The position numbers and the translations under genes are program-made. The notes under the pieces were generated by a model that saw only the letters and a program-made list of their open reading frames with translations, was not told the DNA's origin and made no database searches. From contig VBCM01000097.1 of NCBI GenBank assembly GCA_005883675.1, positions 11,543 to 75,542 of the forward strand: a DNA stretch of 64,000 nt, written 5' to 3'. Every line of letters begins with the position of its first letter. Position 1 is the stretch's first letter. Below are positions 53,309-63,202 of this stretch, piece after piece. This DNA comes from Betaproteobacteria bacterium (GTDB taxonomy: Bacteria > Pseudomonadota > Gammaproteobacteria > Burkholderiales > SG8-39).

Positions 53309-54582
53309 AGAATGAAACGCTGTATGAGCGCGCGCAGCGCGTCATCCCCGGCGGCGTGAATTCCCCGGTGCGTGCCTTTCGCGCCGTTGGCGGCACGCCG
53401 CGCTTCTTCCAACGCGCAGCCGGCGCGCATCTGTGGGATGCGGAAGGCCGCCGCTACATCGACTACGTCGGTTCATGGGGGCCGATGTTGCTCGGCCACA
53501 CGCACCCCGCGGTGGTGGCCGCGGTCGAGGCAGCCGCGGCGCGAGCGCTTTCCTACGGCGCACCCACCGCCGAGGAGACGCTCCTTGCGGAGCGACTCTG
53601 CGAGCTCGTGCCTTCGATCGAGCGCGTGCGCCTTGTCTCCTCGGGCACGGAGGCGACCATGACCGCGATTCGCCTCGCGCGCGGCTTCACCGGACGCAAT
53701 GTCATCGTCAAGTTCGAAGGCTGCTACCACGGGCATGCCGACGCGCTACTCGTCAAGGCGGGCTCCGGCGCGCTTACGTTCGGCCATCCGAGCTCGGCCG
53801 GCGTACCCGCGGAGACGGCGGCGCACACCCTGGTCCTCGCCTACAACGATGTCGACGCCGTGCGCGGCGCGTTCGAGCGTCAGGGGGCGCAAATCGCGGG
53901 CCTTATCGTCGAGCCGGTTGCCGGCAACATGAACCTGGTACTGCCCGCTGCGGGCTTCCTCGAAGCGCTGCGCGAGCAGTGCACTCGATGTGGCGCGGTG
54001 CTCATATTCGATGAGGTCATGACCGGTTTTCGCGTCGCGCTCGGCGGCGCGCAGGCGCGCTACGGCATACGACCGGATCTCACCACGCTCGGCAAGGTCA
54101 TCGGCGGCGGCCTGCCGCTCGCCGCCGTTGGCGGCCGGCGCGAGATCATGGAAAAGCTCGCGCCACTGGGGCCCGTTTACCAGGCGGGCACGCTTTCAGG
54201 AAATCCGCTCGCCGTAGCGGCGGGCCTCGCGACGCTGCAGCTTGTGGCGCAGCCGCGGCTCCTGGAGCGCATCGAGGCAACCACGCGCTCGCTCGCCGAG
54301 GGCCTGACGGTGGAGGCGCGCAAGGCGAGCGTAGCGTTTTGCGCGCAGTCGATCGGCAGCATGTTCGGCGTGTATTTCCGCGCCACACCGCCGCAAAGCT
54401 ACGCCGACGTGATGCAGTGCGACCGCGAGCGTTTCACTCGCTTCTTCCACGCGATGCTCGATGCAGGCATTTATCTCGCGCCGTCGGCGTATGAAACGGG
54501 TTTCGTATCTGCCGCGCACGGCGAGGCGGAAATCGAGGCGACGGTCGCGGCGGCAGGCGCCGCTTTCAGCCAGCTTCGCTGA
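53305..54582 (+). CDS. hemL: glutamate-1-semialdehyde 2,1-aminomutase
   Basis: 425 aa. [19 protein letters not shown], and TLGKVIGGG (PLP lysine). Confidence 0.95.
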   Translation: MKNETLYERAQRVIPGGVNSPVRAFRAVGGTPRFFQRAAGAHLWDAEGRRYIDYVGSWGPMLLGHTHPAVVAAVEAAAARALSYGAPTAEETLLAERLCELVPSIERVRLVSSGTEATMTAIRLARGFTGRNVIVKFEGCYHGHADALLVKAGSGALTFGHPSSAGVPAETAAHTLVLAYNDVDAVRGAFERQGAQIAGLIVEPVAGNMNLVLPAAGFLEALREQCTRCGAVLIFDEVMTGFRVALGGAQARYGIRPDLTTLGKVIGGGLPLAAVGGRREIMEKLAPLGPVYQAGTLSGNPLAVAAGLATLQLVAQPRLLERIEATTRSLAEGLTVEARKASVAFCAQSIGSMFGVYFRATPPQSYADVMQCDRERFTRFFHAMLDAGIYLAPSAYETGFVSAAHGEAEIEATVAAAGAAFSQLR

Positions 54583-54627
54583 GCGAAACAAACTTCGCCT
54601 GCCGTATCCGGTCCAACGGGTACGAAG

Positions 54628-55221
54628 ATGCACGTACCCATCGGGGAGCTTTCGCGCGCCGAGCGTTCGGCGCTCAAGCAACACTTTCGCGCGCTCGGAT
54701 CGCACGATCGCCGGCTGCGTTTCGGCGCGCCGCTCAGCGACCATGCGGTGCGCGCATACGTCGAGCGCATCGATTTCGAGCACCACGCGGTGTTTGGCGT
54801 GTTTGACGAAGGACTCGAGCTCCTCGGCGTGGCGCATGTAGCGCGCGGTGATGGCCATGCCGAGCTCGGCGTCTCCGTGCTCGAGGCCCATCGCGGGCGG
54901 GGCATCGGCGGCGCGCTGCTGGCACGTGCGCATATCCGCGCACGCAACTGGGGCGTGAAGGCGCTTTTCATGCATTGCCTCATCGAGAACGCGGCGATGA
55001 TGCGCCTCGCGCGGCGCCAGAACATGGAGCTCGTCGCGCAAGCGGGTGAGGCCGACGCCTGGCTCAGTCTGTCGCCGGCCGATGCGGCGAGCCATTTCGG
55101 CGAGGTGTTCGCGCAGCGCGTGGCGCTCTTCGATTACACGCTCAAGTCCCAGGTCGCGACCGCACGCCGCCTCGCCGCGGCGCTCACACCAGGAACAGCG
55201 TCGCCAGGCCCAGGAAAATGA
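54628..55221 (+). CDS. GNAT family N-acetyltransferase
   Basis: 197 aa with acetyl-CoA loop HRGRGIGGALL. Confidence 0.75.
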   Translation: MHVPIGELSRAERSALKQHFRALGSHDRRLRFGAPLSDHAVRAYVERIDFEHHAVFGVFDEGLELLGVAHVARGDGHAELGVSVLEAHRGRGIGGALLARAHIRARNWGVKALFMHCLIENAAMMRLARRQNMELVAQAGEADAWLSLSPADAASHFGEVFAQRVALFDYTLKSQVATARRLAAALTPGTASPGPGK

Positions 55222-56554
55222 AGAAGCCGCCGGAGTCGGTGCAGGCGGTGATGAGCACGGAGGAGCCGACGGCCGGGTCGCGACCGAAACGCGATCGCAA
55301 CCATGGGATGGCGACGCCCATGACGGCGGCGAGCACCAGCGTGAGCACCATGGCGAGCGCCATGACGCCGCCGAGCGCGACGTTGCCATAGAGGGTGTAG
55401 GCGACGGCGCCGAGCAGGCAACCCCAGATGACGCCGTTCAGCAGCGCCAGCCCGATCTCCTTCCTGAGGAGCGCCCTCCAGTAGCCGCCCTGAATCTGCC
55501 CGAGAGCGAGCGCCCGTACGATCATGGTGATTGTCTGGTTGCCGGAATTGCCGCCGACCCCGGCGACGATCGGCATCAGGGCGGCGAGCGCGACCAGTCG
55601 CTCGATCGAGCCCTCGAAGAGCCCGATCACGCGCGAGGCGATGAACGCGGTGACGAGGTTGATGGCGAGCCAGGCCCAGCGGTTCTTGAAGCTCTCGAGC
55701 ACCGGGGCGAAGACGTCCTCTTCCTCGCGCAGTCCCGCTTCGGCGAGACGCGATTCGGCGTTGCGCTGGCGAATGTAGTCGACGAGCGCGTTGACGGTCA
55801 GCCGGCCAATCAGCGTGTCGTTCGCATCGACCACGGGCGCGGAGACGAGGTCGTAGCGCTCGAAGGCGCTCGCCGCATCCTCAGCGGAGTCCTGCGCATA
55901 GAACTTCATGCTGTCGCGAACCATGACGCCTGCCACCCCGAGGTGCAGATCGGACACGATGAGGCGTGCGAGCGGCAGGCTGCCCTTCAGGCGCTGGACG
56001 CGGTCGACGACGAAGAGCTGGTCGGTGTGGTCGGGCAGCTCGTCGAGCCGCCGCAGGAAGCGCGTTGCCGCTTCCAGGGTCACATCCTCGCGCACCGCCA
56101 CGTGGTCGAAATCCATGAGCGAGCCGACCGAGCCCTCGGGGTAGGAGAGCGCCGCACGCAGCCGCTCGCGCTCTTGCGCCGGCAGCGACTGCACCACGTC
56201 CTCCATGACCGCCGGCGGCAGGTCGGCGGCGATATCGGCGAGCTCATCGGCCTGCAGCGTCTCGGCGGCAGCGACGAGCTCGGCGGAGTCCATGCTCGCG
56301 ATGAGCGACTCGCGCACCGCCTCGGACACCTCGAGCAGGATCTCGCCGTCGCGATCGGCCTTGACGAGGTTCCACACGGCGAGCCGCTCCTCGAGCGGCA
56401 GCGCCTCGAGGATGTAGGCGATGTCCGCCGCGTGCAGTGCATCGAGCCTAGCGCGGAGCGCGCTGCTGCGCTCCGGCTTTGCGAGCAGCACCTGGATTTC
56501 ACGCAGGCTTTGCTGCAGGTCGTCGACTTCGAGCCGCGCGAGCGCTTCGGCCAT
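55184..56554 (-). CDS. mgtE: magnesium transporter MgtE
   Basis: 456 aa. MgtE N-domain, CBS pair, and membrane domain (PIVAGVGGNSGNQ). Confidence 0.95.
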   Translation of the reverse strand: MAEALARLEVDDLQQSLREIQVLLAKPERSSALRARLDALHAADIAYILEALPLEERLAVWNLVKADRDGEILLEVSEAVRESLIASMDSAELVAAAETLQADELADIAADLPPAVMEDVVQSLPAQERERLRAALSYPEGSVGSLMDFDHVAVREDVTLEAATRFLRRLDELPDHTDQLFVVDRVQRLKGSLPLARLIVSDLHLGVAGVMVRDSMKFYAQDSAEDAASAFERYDLVSAPVVDANDTLIGRLTVNALVDYIRQRNAESRLAEAGLREEEDVFAPVLESFKNRWAWLAINLVTAFIASRVIGLFEGSIERLVALAALMPIVAGVGGNSGNQTITMIVRALALGQIQGGYWRALLRKEIGLALLNGVIWGCLLGAVAYTLYGNVALGGVMALAMVLTLVLAAVMGVAIPWLRSRFGRDPAVGSSVLITACTDSGGFFIFLGLATLFLV

Positions 56555-56566
56555 GCGCGAAGCGTA

Positions 56567-57295
56567 TCAGGGGATCTGCACCGCTCCCATGCGAGCAAGG
56601 ATGGTGGAGAGGCGCGCGGCAAGGTAAGGGGTCAGGCGGCCGCGCTCATAGCGGTGCGGCGTCGGCAGGATGACGGCGAGCCAGGCCGCCTGCTCCGCAG
56701 TAAGCGCAGCCGCCGGCACGCCGAAGTGATAGCGTGCCGCCGCCTCTGCACCGAACACGCCCTCGCCCCACTCCGCATAGTTGAGATAAAGCTCGAGGAT
56801 GCGGCGCTTCGACAGCGCGTCCTCCAGCATCCACGTGATGAGCGCCTCCTCGCCTTTGCGCAACCAGGAGCGCTCGGCCGAAAGGAACAGGTTCTTGGCG
56901 AGCTGCTGGCTGATGGTCGAAGCGCCGGCGACAATGCGGCCGCGCTCCTCGTTGCGCGCGATCGCCTTCTGGATCATCTCCCAGTCGAAACCTTCGTGGT
57001 CGAGAAAGCGCGCATCTTCGGCAGCGACCACGGCGCGCTTCAGGTTCGCCGAAATGCGCTCATACGGCACCCATTGGTGCCTGAGGCGCGCCTGCGGGTC
57101 CTTCGCCTGGAGCGCCTCGAGGCTGCGCTCCATGAACGCGGTGTTTGCCGGCGGGAAGCGCCTCCAGTAGACGATATGGCCGTAGAACCAGAGCTGCGAG
57201 ACGACGAAAGCGAGGACCAGAGCGCTCAGCGTGTAGCTGAAGGCCTTCCACGCGATGACGAGCGCGCGCAGCGCGCCCTGGCGCCTACCCCGCAC
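56567..57295 (-). CDS. mtgA: monofunctional peptidoglycan glycosyltransferase
   Basis: EDARFLDHEG and GASTISQQLAKN. Confidence 0.9.
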   Translation of the reverse strand: MRGRRQGALRALVIAWKAFSYTLSALVLAFVVSQLWFYGHIVYWRRFPPANTAFMERSLEALQAKDPQARLRHQWVPYERISANLKRAVVAAEDARFLDHEGFDWEMIQKAIARNEERGRIVAGASTISQQLAKNLFLSAERSWLRKGEEALITWMLEDALSKRRILELYLNYAEWGEGVFGAEAAARYHFGVPAAALTAEQAAWLAVILPTPHRYERGRLTPYLAARLSTILARMGAVQIP

Positions 57296-57315
57296 GCTTG
57301 GTCACGGCGCGCCAG

Positions 57316-58124
57316 TCACTCGGTCCAGAGCTTGTCGCCCTGGCCGAAGAACCAGGTGCGCGTGATGACGAGGAGATCCGTGTCTCGCCGGATGGCGGGC
57401 GGGAACACGGCGAAGGGCCCCGCCATGCGCACGATCTTGAAAGCGGCGGCGTCGAGCACCTTGAGCCCGGAGGAGCGGTCGAGCTCGACAGAATCGACGC
57501 TGCCGTCCGCCCGGATCGTGACCGTGAGCCGCAGGGTGCCATAGAGCTTGCCGCGCGCCTCCGCGGGATAGTTCAGCGTTCCGATGCGCTCGACTTTGGC
57601 GCGCCAGTCCTCCTCGTACTGCGCAAAGCGATATTCCGCGGCGTTGGCGCCGATGAATTTCTTGCGCGGGCGCTTCTGGTAGTCGTCGATCTGCCTGTCG
57701 ATCTGCGCCTGCAGGCGCATCGCGGCAAGCGCCAGATCGGCGAGATCCCGCCCGCTCGGCTGCGGCGCGATGTCTTCTGCCGGCGCAGCATGCGGCCGCG
57801 GCTGCGCCCGCCCGCTTTCGGCCGCCCGCGCGAGCGCGAGAAGCTCCTGCTGCCGCGCTTCCAGCTCGCGAACACGCCGCTCGGTCGCGGCCAGGTCGCG
57901 TCCGGGCTGCGGCGGATTGGTCACCGGCAGCGGCGAGCGCGCCCGGCGCTCCTCGTCCACCGTACCGCCGCGATCCAGATTCGCTTGCGCCAGCACCTCG
58001 GCGCGCGCCGGTCGCTCGTGGCTCTTGGCGTTGACCAGCACGACCTCGAGACGCTGATCGGCGAGGTGCCGAGCGCCATGGCGAGCACCCGATCGTTGCC
58101 GGCCGGGATCCACAACCAACTCAT
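57316..58124 (-). pseudogene. TonB C-terminal-domain protein, 5' region disrupted (frame change, N-terminal TM anchor missing)
   Basis: ATG 58124 with AAGAAGG upstream opens frame MSWLWIPAGNDRVLAMALG.... The conserved body (LEVVLVNAKS...TonB-C) is in ORF 57316..58119. The 809-nt span is not a multiple of 3. Confidence 0.7.
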
Positions 58125-58161
58125 GTGCCTTCTTATTTCAGTTGGACAAGCCCTTCATAGT

Positions 58162-60048
58162 TTAGGCTTTTTCGCCCGGATCCGCAGCCGCTTCGGCAAG
58201 CGCCGCGCCGCCCGGCAATGTTTGACGATAGACGCAATCGAGCGTGCGCTCGAGGAGATCCACCTCGCGCACCGCGAGGCGCACGCGCGCCGGCGGGACA
58301 ACGGTTTCCGGCAGCGAGGGCACGCGCAGGTAGAGCGGCAGGCCCTCAAGCCGGACCAGATTTTCGCGCAACACGACAGCGTCGATCTCATGCACCTTCT
58401 CCTGCAGCAACCAGCGCAGGCTCCAATACGTCTCCATCGCCCGCTGGTGCTCGTCGTAGCGCGCCGAGGTGAGCTCGAAGGAACGCATTGCCGAGAGCAG
58501 CGCTTCGGAGCTTCGCGTGTACGGCGGCCGGCGCCCCTGCAGCGCGGCCATCAGCTGCCACTGATTCACGAGATCGACATAACGACGCAGCGGCGAGCTC
58601 ATCCAGGCGTAGCAGCGCACGCCCAGGCCCTCGTGCGGCTCGGCGTGGACCGATAGTCGTACCTTGCCGGTCGACTGCACGCGGTAAATCGCCGCGATGT
58701 CGCGCTCGGCGAGGAGCTCGCCCCAGCTCGAGTTCACGAGGATCATGAGCTCGGAGACGAGCTTGTCGAGCGGTGCCCCGCGCTTGCGCTGGACGATACG
58801 CACACGCTCGCCGTCGATGAAGAAATTGAAGTCGAGCGGCGCGAGTCCCGCGCTCGGCCGGCCGCGCTGTTTCTCCAGTGCAGCCGCGACGCGCCAGAGT
58901 GTCCGCAGCTCCTCTTCGTACGCGAGCCCGCTGGTGTGCCGCTGGTCGAACGCGTCATTCAGGACGTCGTACTCGGCATGACGAAGATTCGCGCTTATGC
59001 GCACGCGCTCGAGGCGGCTGTGGAGGGCTTTCGGCAGGCCTTCAGCCGACACGTCGAAGTACAGCGATACGGCAGGCTGCGCGGCGCCGTGGTCGAGCGA
59101 AAAGCGCGCGACCACATCCTCCGGCAGCATGGTGTATTTGCGCCCCGGCATATACGCCGTCGACAGGCGTTCGCGCGCGAGGGCGTCGAGCGGCGAGCCG
59201 GGTGCGATGCCAAGGCCGGGCGCCGCGATGTGCACGCCGACGCGCAGTTCGCCCTCCGGCAAGCGGCTCACCGAGAAGGCATCGTCGATCTCCGTAGTAC
59301 CAAGCTCATCCAGGCTGAAAGCGACGCTCGGCGCGAGCGGCAGGTCCTCGGCTGCCAAGGGCAGCGGGTGCGGGGCGAAGGCGGCACCACGGGGAAAGAA
59401 TTCGTGCAGGAAGCGCTTCAGGTGATAGTCATGCGTGTCGCCAAGCAGGCCGCAGCGCTCAAAGAGCCGGGCGCCTGTCAAACCGGTCTCGCGGCAGGCG
59501 CGCTCAAGAGCGTGCGTCTCCGGCTTGTTGCGATCCGGGGCATATAGCAGCTCGTCCTTGAGCGCGGCGATCTCCGGCGGACATTTGAACCGCGCGAGCT
59601 CCTGCGCCCAAGCCGCGACTTGCGCCTGCAGGCGGCGCTTTTTCTCCAGGCCGGCAAGCGCGAGCTTGAGCGTCTCCTCCGGCGCGGCCTGGAAAGCGCC
59701 TTTTCCGCGCCGGTAGAAGTACATCGGTGCGCCGTACAGCTTGAGGAGGATGCCGGTAGCCTCGACGGCGTTGGGCTCGCGACCGACGTAATCGCGGGCG
59801 AGGCTGCGGAAGTCGAACTCGCGGCCGGCCGTGCATTCCCAGAGGAACTGTACGTCGAGCGTTTCCGCAAGGCGCTCGCCTTGCGCCAACAGCTCGCCGG
59901 CCGCGGGCTGCTCGAAGCTGAGCAGCACATTACCCACCTTCACCTTGCTGCGCCGGCCATGGGGGCTTTCGACCTGGAAAGACGCCGGCGCCTGGGCGAG
60001 CACGGTGCCGACCTTCAGTTCGCCTTCCTCCTCGTACAACAGGTGCAC
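58162..60048 (-). CDS. RNB-domain exoribonuclease (RNase II/R family)
   Basis: 628 aa with TTEIDDAFS, SSPLRRYVDL.NQ. Confidence 0.85.
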   Translation of the reverse strand: MHLLYEEEGELKVGTVLAQAPASFQVESPHGRRSKVKVGNVLLSFEQPAAGELLAQGERLAETLDVQFLWECTAGREFDFRSLARDYVGREPNAVEATGILLKLYGAPMYFYRRGKGAFQAAPEETLKLALAGLEKKRRLQAQVAAWAQELARFKCPPEIAALKDELLYAPDRNKPETHALERACRETGLTGARLFERCGLLGDTHDYHLKRFLHEFFPRGAAFAPHPLPLAAEDLPLAPSVAFSLDELGTTEIDDAFSVSRLPEGELRVGVHIAAPGLGIAPGSPLDALARERLSTAYMPGRKYTMLPEDVVARFSLDHGAAQPAVSLYFDVSAEGLPKALHSRLERVRISANLRHAEYDVLNDAFDQRHTSGLAYEEELRTLWRVAAALEKQRGRPSAGLAPLDFNFFIDGERVRIVQRKRGAPLDKLVSELMILVNSSWGELLAERDIAAIYRVQSTGKVRLSVHAEPHEGLGVRCYAWMSSPLRRYVDLVNQWQLMAALQGRRPPYTRSSEALLSAMRSFELTSARYDEHQRAMETYWSLRWLLQEKVHEIDAVVLRENLVRLEGLPLYLRVPSLPETVVPPARVRLAVREVDLLERTLDCVYRQTLPGGAALAEAAADPGEKA

Positions 60049-60049
60049 G

Positions 60050-60604
60050 TCAATAACCTGCGAAGCGCAGGATTTCCGCCAGGTGTTCAGGAAAGCTGCG
60101 CAGGCTGTGATCGCCGCCCGCGATCACACGCTGTGCAGCGCCGGCGTAGCGTTCTACGGCGCGGCGGTAATCCAGCACCTCGTCGCCCGTTTCTACGAGG
60201 AGCAGATAACGCTGCGGCGTAACCCGCGGCACGTAGAGCTCGCGCCATTGAGCGAGGTGGGAACTCGTGAGCACATAGGACTCGCCGGTATAGAGGTTCT
60301 TCTGCGGCCCGAGGTAAGCGCTTAGTCCGACATGCGGCTCGATCGCCGGATTGATCAGCACCGCCTTTCCGCCCTGCGTCTCTACCAGGTAAGTGGCGTA
60401 AAAGCCGCCCAATGACGACCCGACATAGCAAGCCGGTTCCTCGCCTATTGCGTTCCTTATCAGCCGCACGGCATCACGCGGCGAAGGCGGCAGCGCGGGG
60501 CAGATGAATTCCCGGTCGAGACCGCGCTCCGTCATATATTGCTCCAGCAGCTGCGCCTTGTGCGATTGCGGCGAGGAATTGAATCCGTGGAGGTAAACGA
60601 TCAA
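60050..60604 (-). CDS. yqiA: YqiA/YcfP-family esterase
   Basis: MIVYLHGFNSSPQS, GSSLGG and GGDH. Confidence 0.8.
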   Translation of the reverse strand: MIVYLHGFNSSPQSHKAQLLEQYMTERGLDREFICPALPPSPRDAVRLIRNAIGEEPACYVGSSLGGFYATYLVETQGGKAVLINPAIEPHVGLSAYLGPQKNLYTGESYVLTSSHLAQWRELYVPRVTPQRYLLLVETGDEVLDYRRAVERYAGAAQRVIAGGDHSLRSFPEHLAEILRFAGY

Positions 60605-61906
60605 GCCGCGGCGGCGCTTTGCAGGCGCTCGAGGAGCTTCGTCTGGATGCCGCCGAAGCCGCCATTGGACATGATGAGCACGCTGTCGCCCGGGCGCGCG
60701 TCTGCGGCGATCGCCCGTACCAACGTATCAAGGTCATCGAGGCATCGGGCCCGGCTGCCAAGCGGCGCGAACACGCTCGCCGCATCCCAGCCGAGCGCCG
60801 CGTTATAGACATAAACGCGGTCGGCAAGGGCGAGGCTGGCCACAAGCGCATCCTTCATGACACCGCGCTTCATGGTGTTGGACCGAGGTTCCAGCACGGC
60901 GAGGATGCGGCCCTGCCCTACCCGTTCGCGCAACCCTTGCAACGTCACCCGGATCGCGGTCGGGTGGTGAGCGAAATCGTCGTAGACGTTGACGCCACCG
61001 GACTGGCCGCGCAGTTGCAGCCGCCGCCGCACCCCCGAAAAGCGCCCTAGCGCCTCCATGGCCTGCGCTGGCGTGACCCCCACGTGCCTCGCCGCCGCCT
61101 TGTGCTTCACCGGACAGTCGCACTTCAAAGCTGCCGTCCGCTGCGGGTGCCGCCGCCTCCCAACCGTCTGCCGCGCCCAAGCGCTCGACCGGGGTCCAAG
61201 TCCCCTTAGCTAGCACTCGCTCCAAAGCTTCATCAGCATCATTTACGATGAGCAGACCGGTGCGCGGGACGGTGCGCACGAAGTGGTGAAATTGCCGCTC
61301 GATCGCGGCAAGATCGTCGAAGATGTCGGCATGATCGAACTCCAAGTTGTTCAGGATCGCTGTGCGAGCGCCGTAGTGAACGAACTTCGAGCGCTTGTCG
61401 AAGAATGCGGTGTCGTATTCGTCCGCTTCGATTACGAAGAGCGGGCCGCCGGTATGGCGAGCCGAGGCCGGAAAATCGAGCGGAACGCCGCCAATCAGAA
61501 ACCCGGGCGATCGCCCGGCGCACTCGAGGATCCAAGCCAGCATCGCCGAAACCGTGGTTTTGCCATGGGTGCCGGCCACGGCGAGTACGTGGCGCCCGGC
61601 GAGCACATGCTGTGCGAGCCACTGGGGCCCCGAGACATACTGCTCGCCCCGGTCGAGGATCGCCTCCATGAGCGGGTTACCCCGCGTGACCACATTGCCG
61701 ATCAGCCAAAGGTCAGGCCGCAGTGCGACCTGCTCCTCGCCGAAGCCCTCGATCAGCTTGATGCCGAGCCCGGCAAGCTGCTCGCTCATCGGCGGGTAGA
61801 CGTTAGCGTCGCAGCCGGTCACACGGTAGCCGGCGGCGCTCGCGATGGCGGCAATGCCGCCCATGAAAGTGCCGCAAATACCGAGGATGTGCAGGTGCTT
61901 GGCCAT
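60601..61906 (-). pseudogene. mpl: UDP-N-acetylmuramate:L-Ala-gamma-D-Glu-meso-DAP ligase (Mpl), internal loss plus frame change near 61102
   Basis: N-terminal part is in ORF 60803..61906 (HILGICGTFMGG...AGTHGKTT...FEVRLSGEA). C-terminal part is in ORF 60601..61128 (AAARHVGV...YDDFAHHPTAI). The 1306-nt span is not a multiple of 3. Confidence 0.85.
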
Positions 61907-61955
61907 GACGGGGAGCAGCCGATTCTAGTGGATGACCTATGATTGGACGGCAGCC

Positions 61956-62579
61956 ATGGCCCGCAAAAGCAATCGCCAGACGGCCATGCGAACGCGCATC
62001 GCCGCCGCCGCCGCGCGCATCATGGCGGAGGACGGCGTCGACGATTTCGCGCTCGCCAAGCGCAAGGCCGCGCGCCAGCTGGGCGCGCTCGAAACGCAAG
62101 CGCTTCCCCGCAACGACGAAATCGAAGCGGAGCTGCGCGCCTACCGCGCGCTTTACCATGCGGACGAACACGCTCGCCTGATCGAGCAGTTGCGACGTGT
62201 CGCGCTGGACGCGATGCGCGCGCTCGAGCGCTTTCATCCGTATCTGACCGGTCCGGTCCTCAAGGGCACCGCCGGCCCCTACGCGGAGATCGACCTACAG
62301 CTCTTCCCCGACAGCCCAAAGGACGTGGAAATCTTCCTGCTGGACCGCGGCGTTCCTTTCGCCACCCATGAGGCGCGCCGCTATTCAGGCGATAGGGCGC
62401 ATGCCGTCAGCGTGATCACGCTCTTATGGGATAGCGTGCCCTTGCGCCTGTCCGTGTTCGATCCGCGGGTCGAGCGCCTAGCCCTGAAGACCTCTATGGC
62501 CGGGCGAGTCCTGGAACGCGCTGGCGCCGCAGAAGTGAGCGCTCTCTTAAGAAGCGAACAGGCTAGCAAAGTACGGTAA
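61956..62579 (+). CDS. conserved hypothetical protein
   Basis: ORF 61932..62579. ATG 61956 (MARKSNRQ) is preferred. No family recognised. Confidence 0.55.
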   Translation: MARKSNRQTAMRTRIAAAAARIMAEDGVDDFALAKRKAARQLGALETQALPRNDEIEAELRAYRALYHADEHARLIEQLRRVALDAMRALERFHPYLTGPVLKGTAGPYAEIDLQLFPDSPKDVEIFLLDRGVPFATHEARRYSGDRAHAVSVITLLWDSVPLRLSVFDPRVERLALKTSMAGRVLERAGAAEVSALLRSEQASKVR

Positions 62580-62755
62580 AAAGCCGCCATCTTCGGCTAT
62601 CATCGCGCGGGCCCTGTGACGGCTGTTTTCGCGCCCTCGGCTGACGATGCATCTCGAACCCGCCGCCGGGCCTGCGTCGTTCGCTACGCTAGAATTCGCC
62701 GCTTCTGCCGCGAAATATCTATAAAACTCGCTAACTGCCGGCAAGTGCCCCGCTG

Positions 62756-63202
62756 ATGGATCTACGCAAGCTGAAGAAGCTGATCGACCTCGTGCAGGAG
62801 TCGGGCATCGCCGAGCTCGAGATCACTGAAGGCGAGGAGAAGGTGAAGATCGTAAAGGGCGGGGTCGTCATGGCGGCGCCGCCTGCCGCCCCGGCGCCCA
62901 CGGCCGAGGCTCGCCCGGCGGGAGGGGCCGCGCCCGCGCCCGCGAGCGAGGCGGAGCCGACGCAGGAAGGCCACGTCGTCAAAGCGCCGATGGTTGGAAC
63001 GTTCTACCGCTCGCCATCGCCGGACGCGAAGGTTTTCGTCGAGGTCGGCCAAGCGGTGAAGGAGGGGGACACGATCTGCATCATCGAGGCAATGAAGCTC
63101 ATGAACGAGATCGAGGCCGATGCCTCCGGCACCGTGAAGGCGATCCTCGTTGAGAACGGCCAGCCGGTCGAATACGGCCAGCCGCTTTTCATCCTCGCCT
63201 AG
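62756..63202 (+). CDS. accB: acetyl-CoA carboxylase biotin carboxyl carrier protein
   Basis: 148 aa with Ala/Pro linker and biotinylation motif EAMKLMN. Confidence 0.95.
   Translation: MDLRKLKKLIDLVQESGIAELEITEGEEKVKIVKGGVVMAAPPAAPAPTAEARPAGGAAPAPASEAEPTQEGHVVKAPMVGTFYRSPSPDAKVFVEVGQAVKEGDTICIIEAMKLMNEIEADASGTVKAILVENGQPVEYGQPLFILA

Noticed and set aside
62580-62755. The 176-nt spacer upstream of accB, examined for a missing aroQ, a riboswitch or a strong promoter.
   Set aside because: It holds only weak -10-like hexamers (TAGAAT, TATAAA) without convincing -35 partners. There is no conserved structure I can recognise and no ORF with coding signal.
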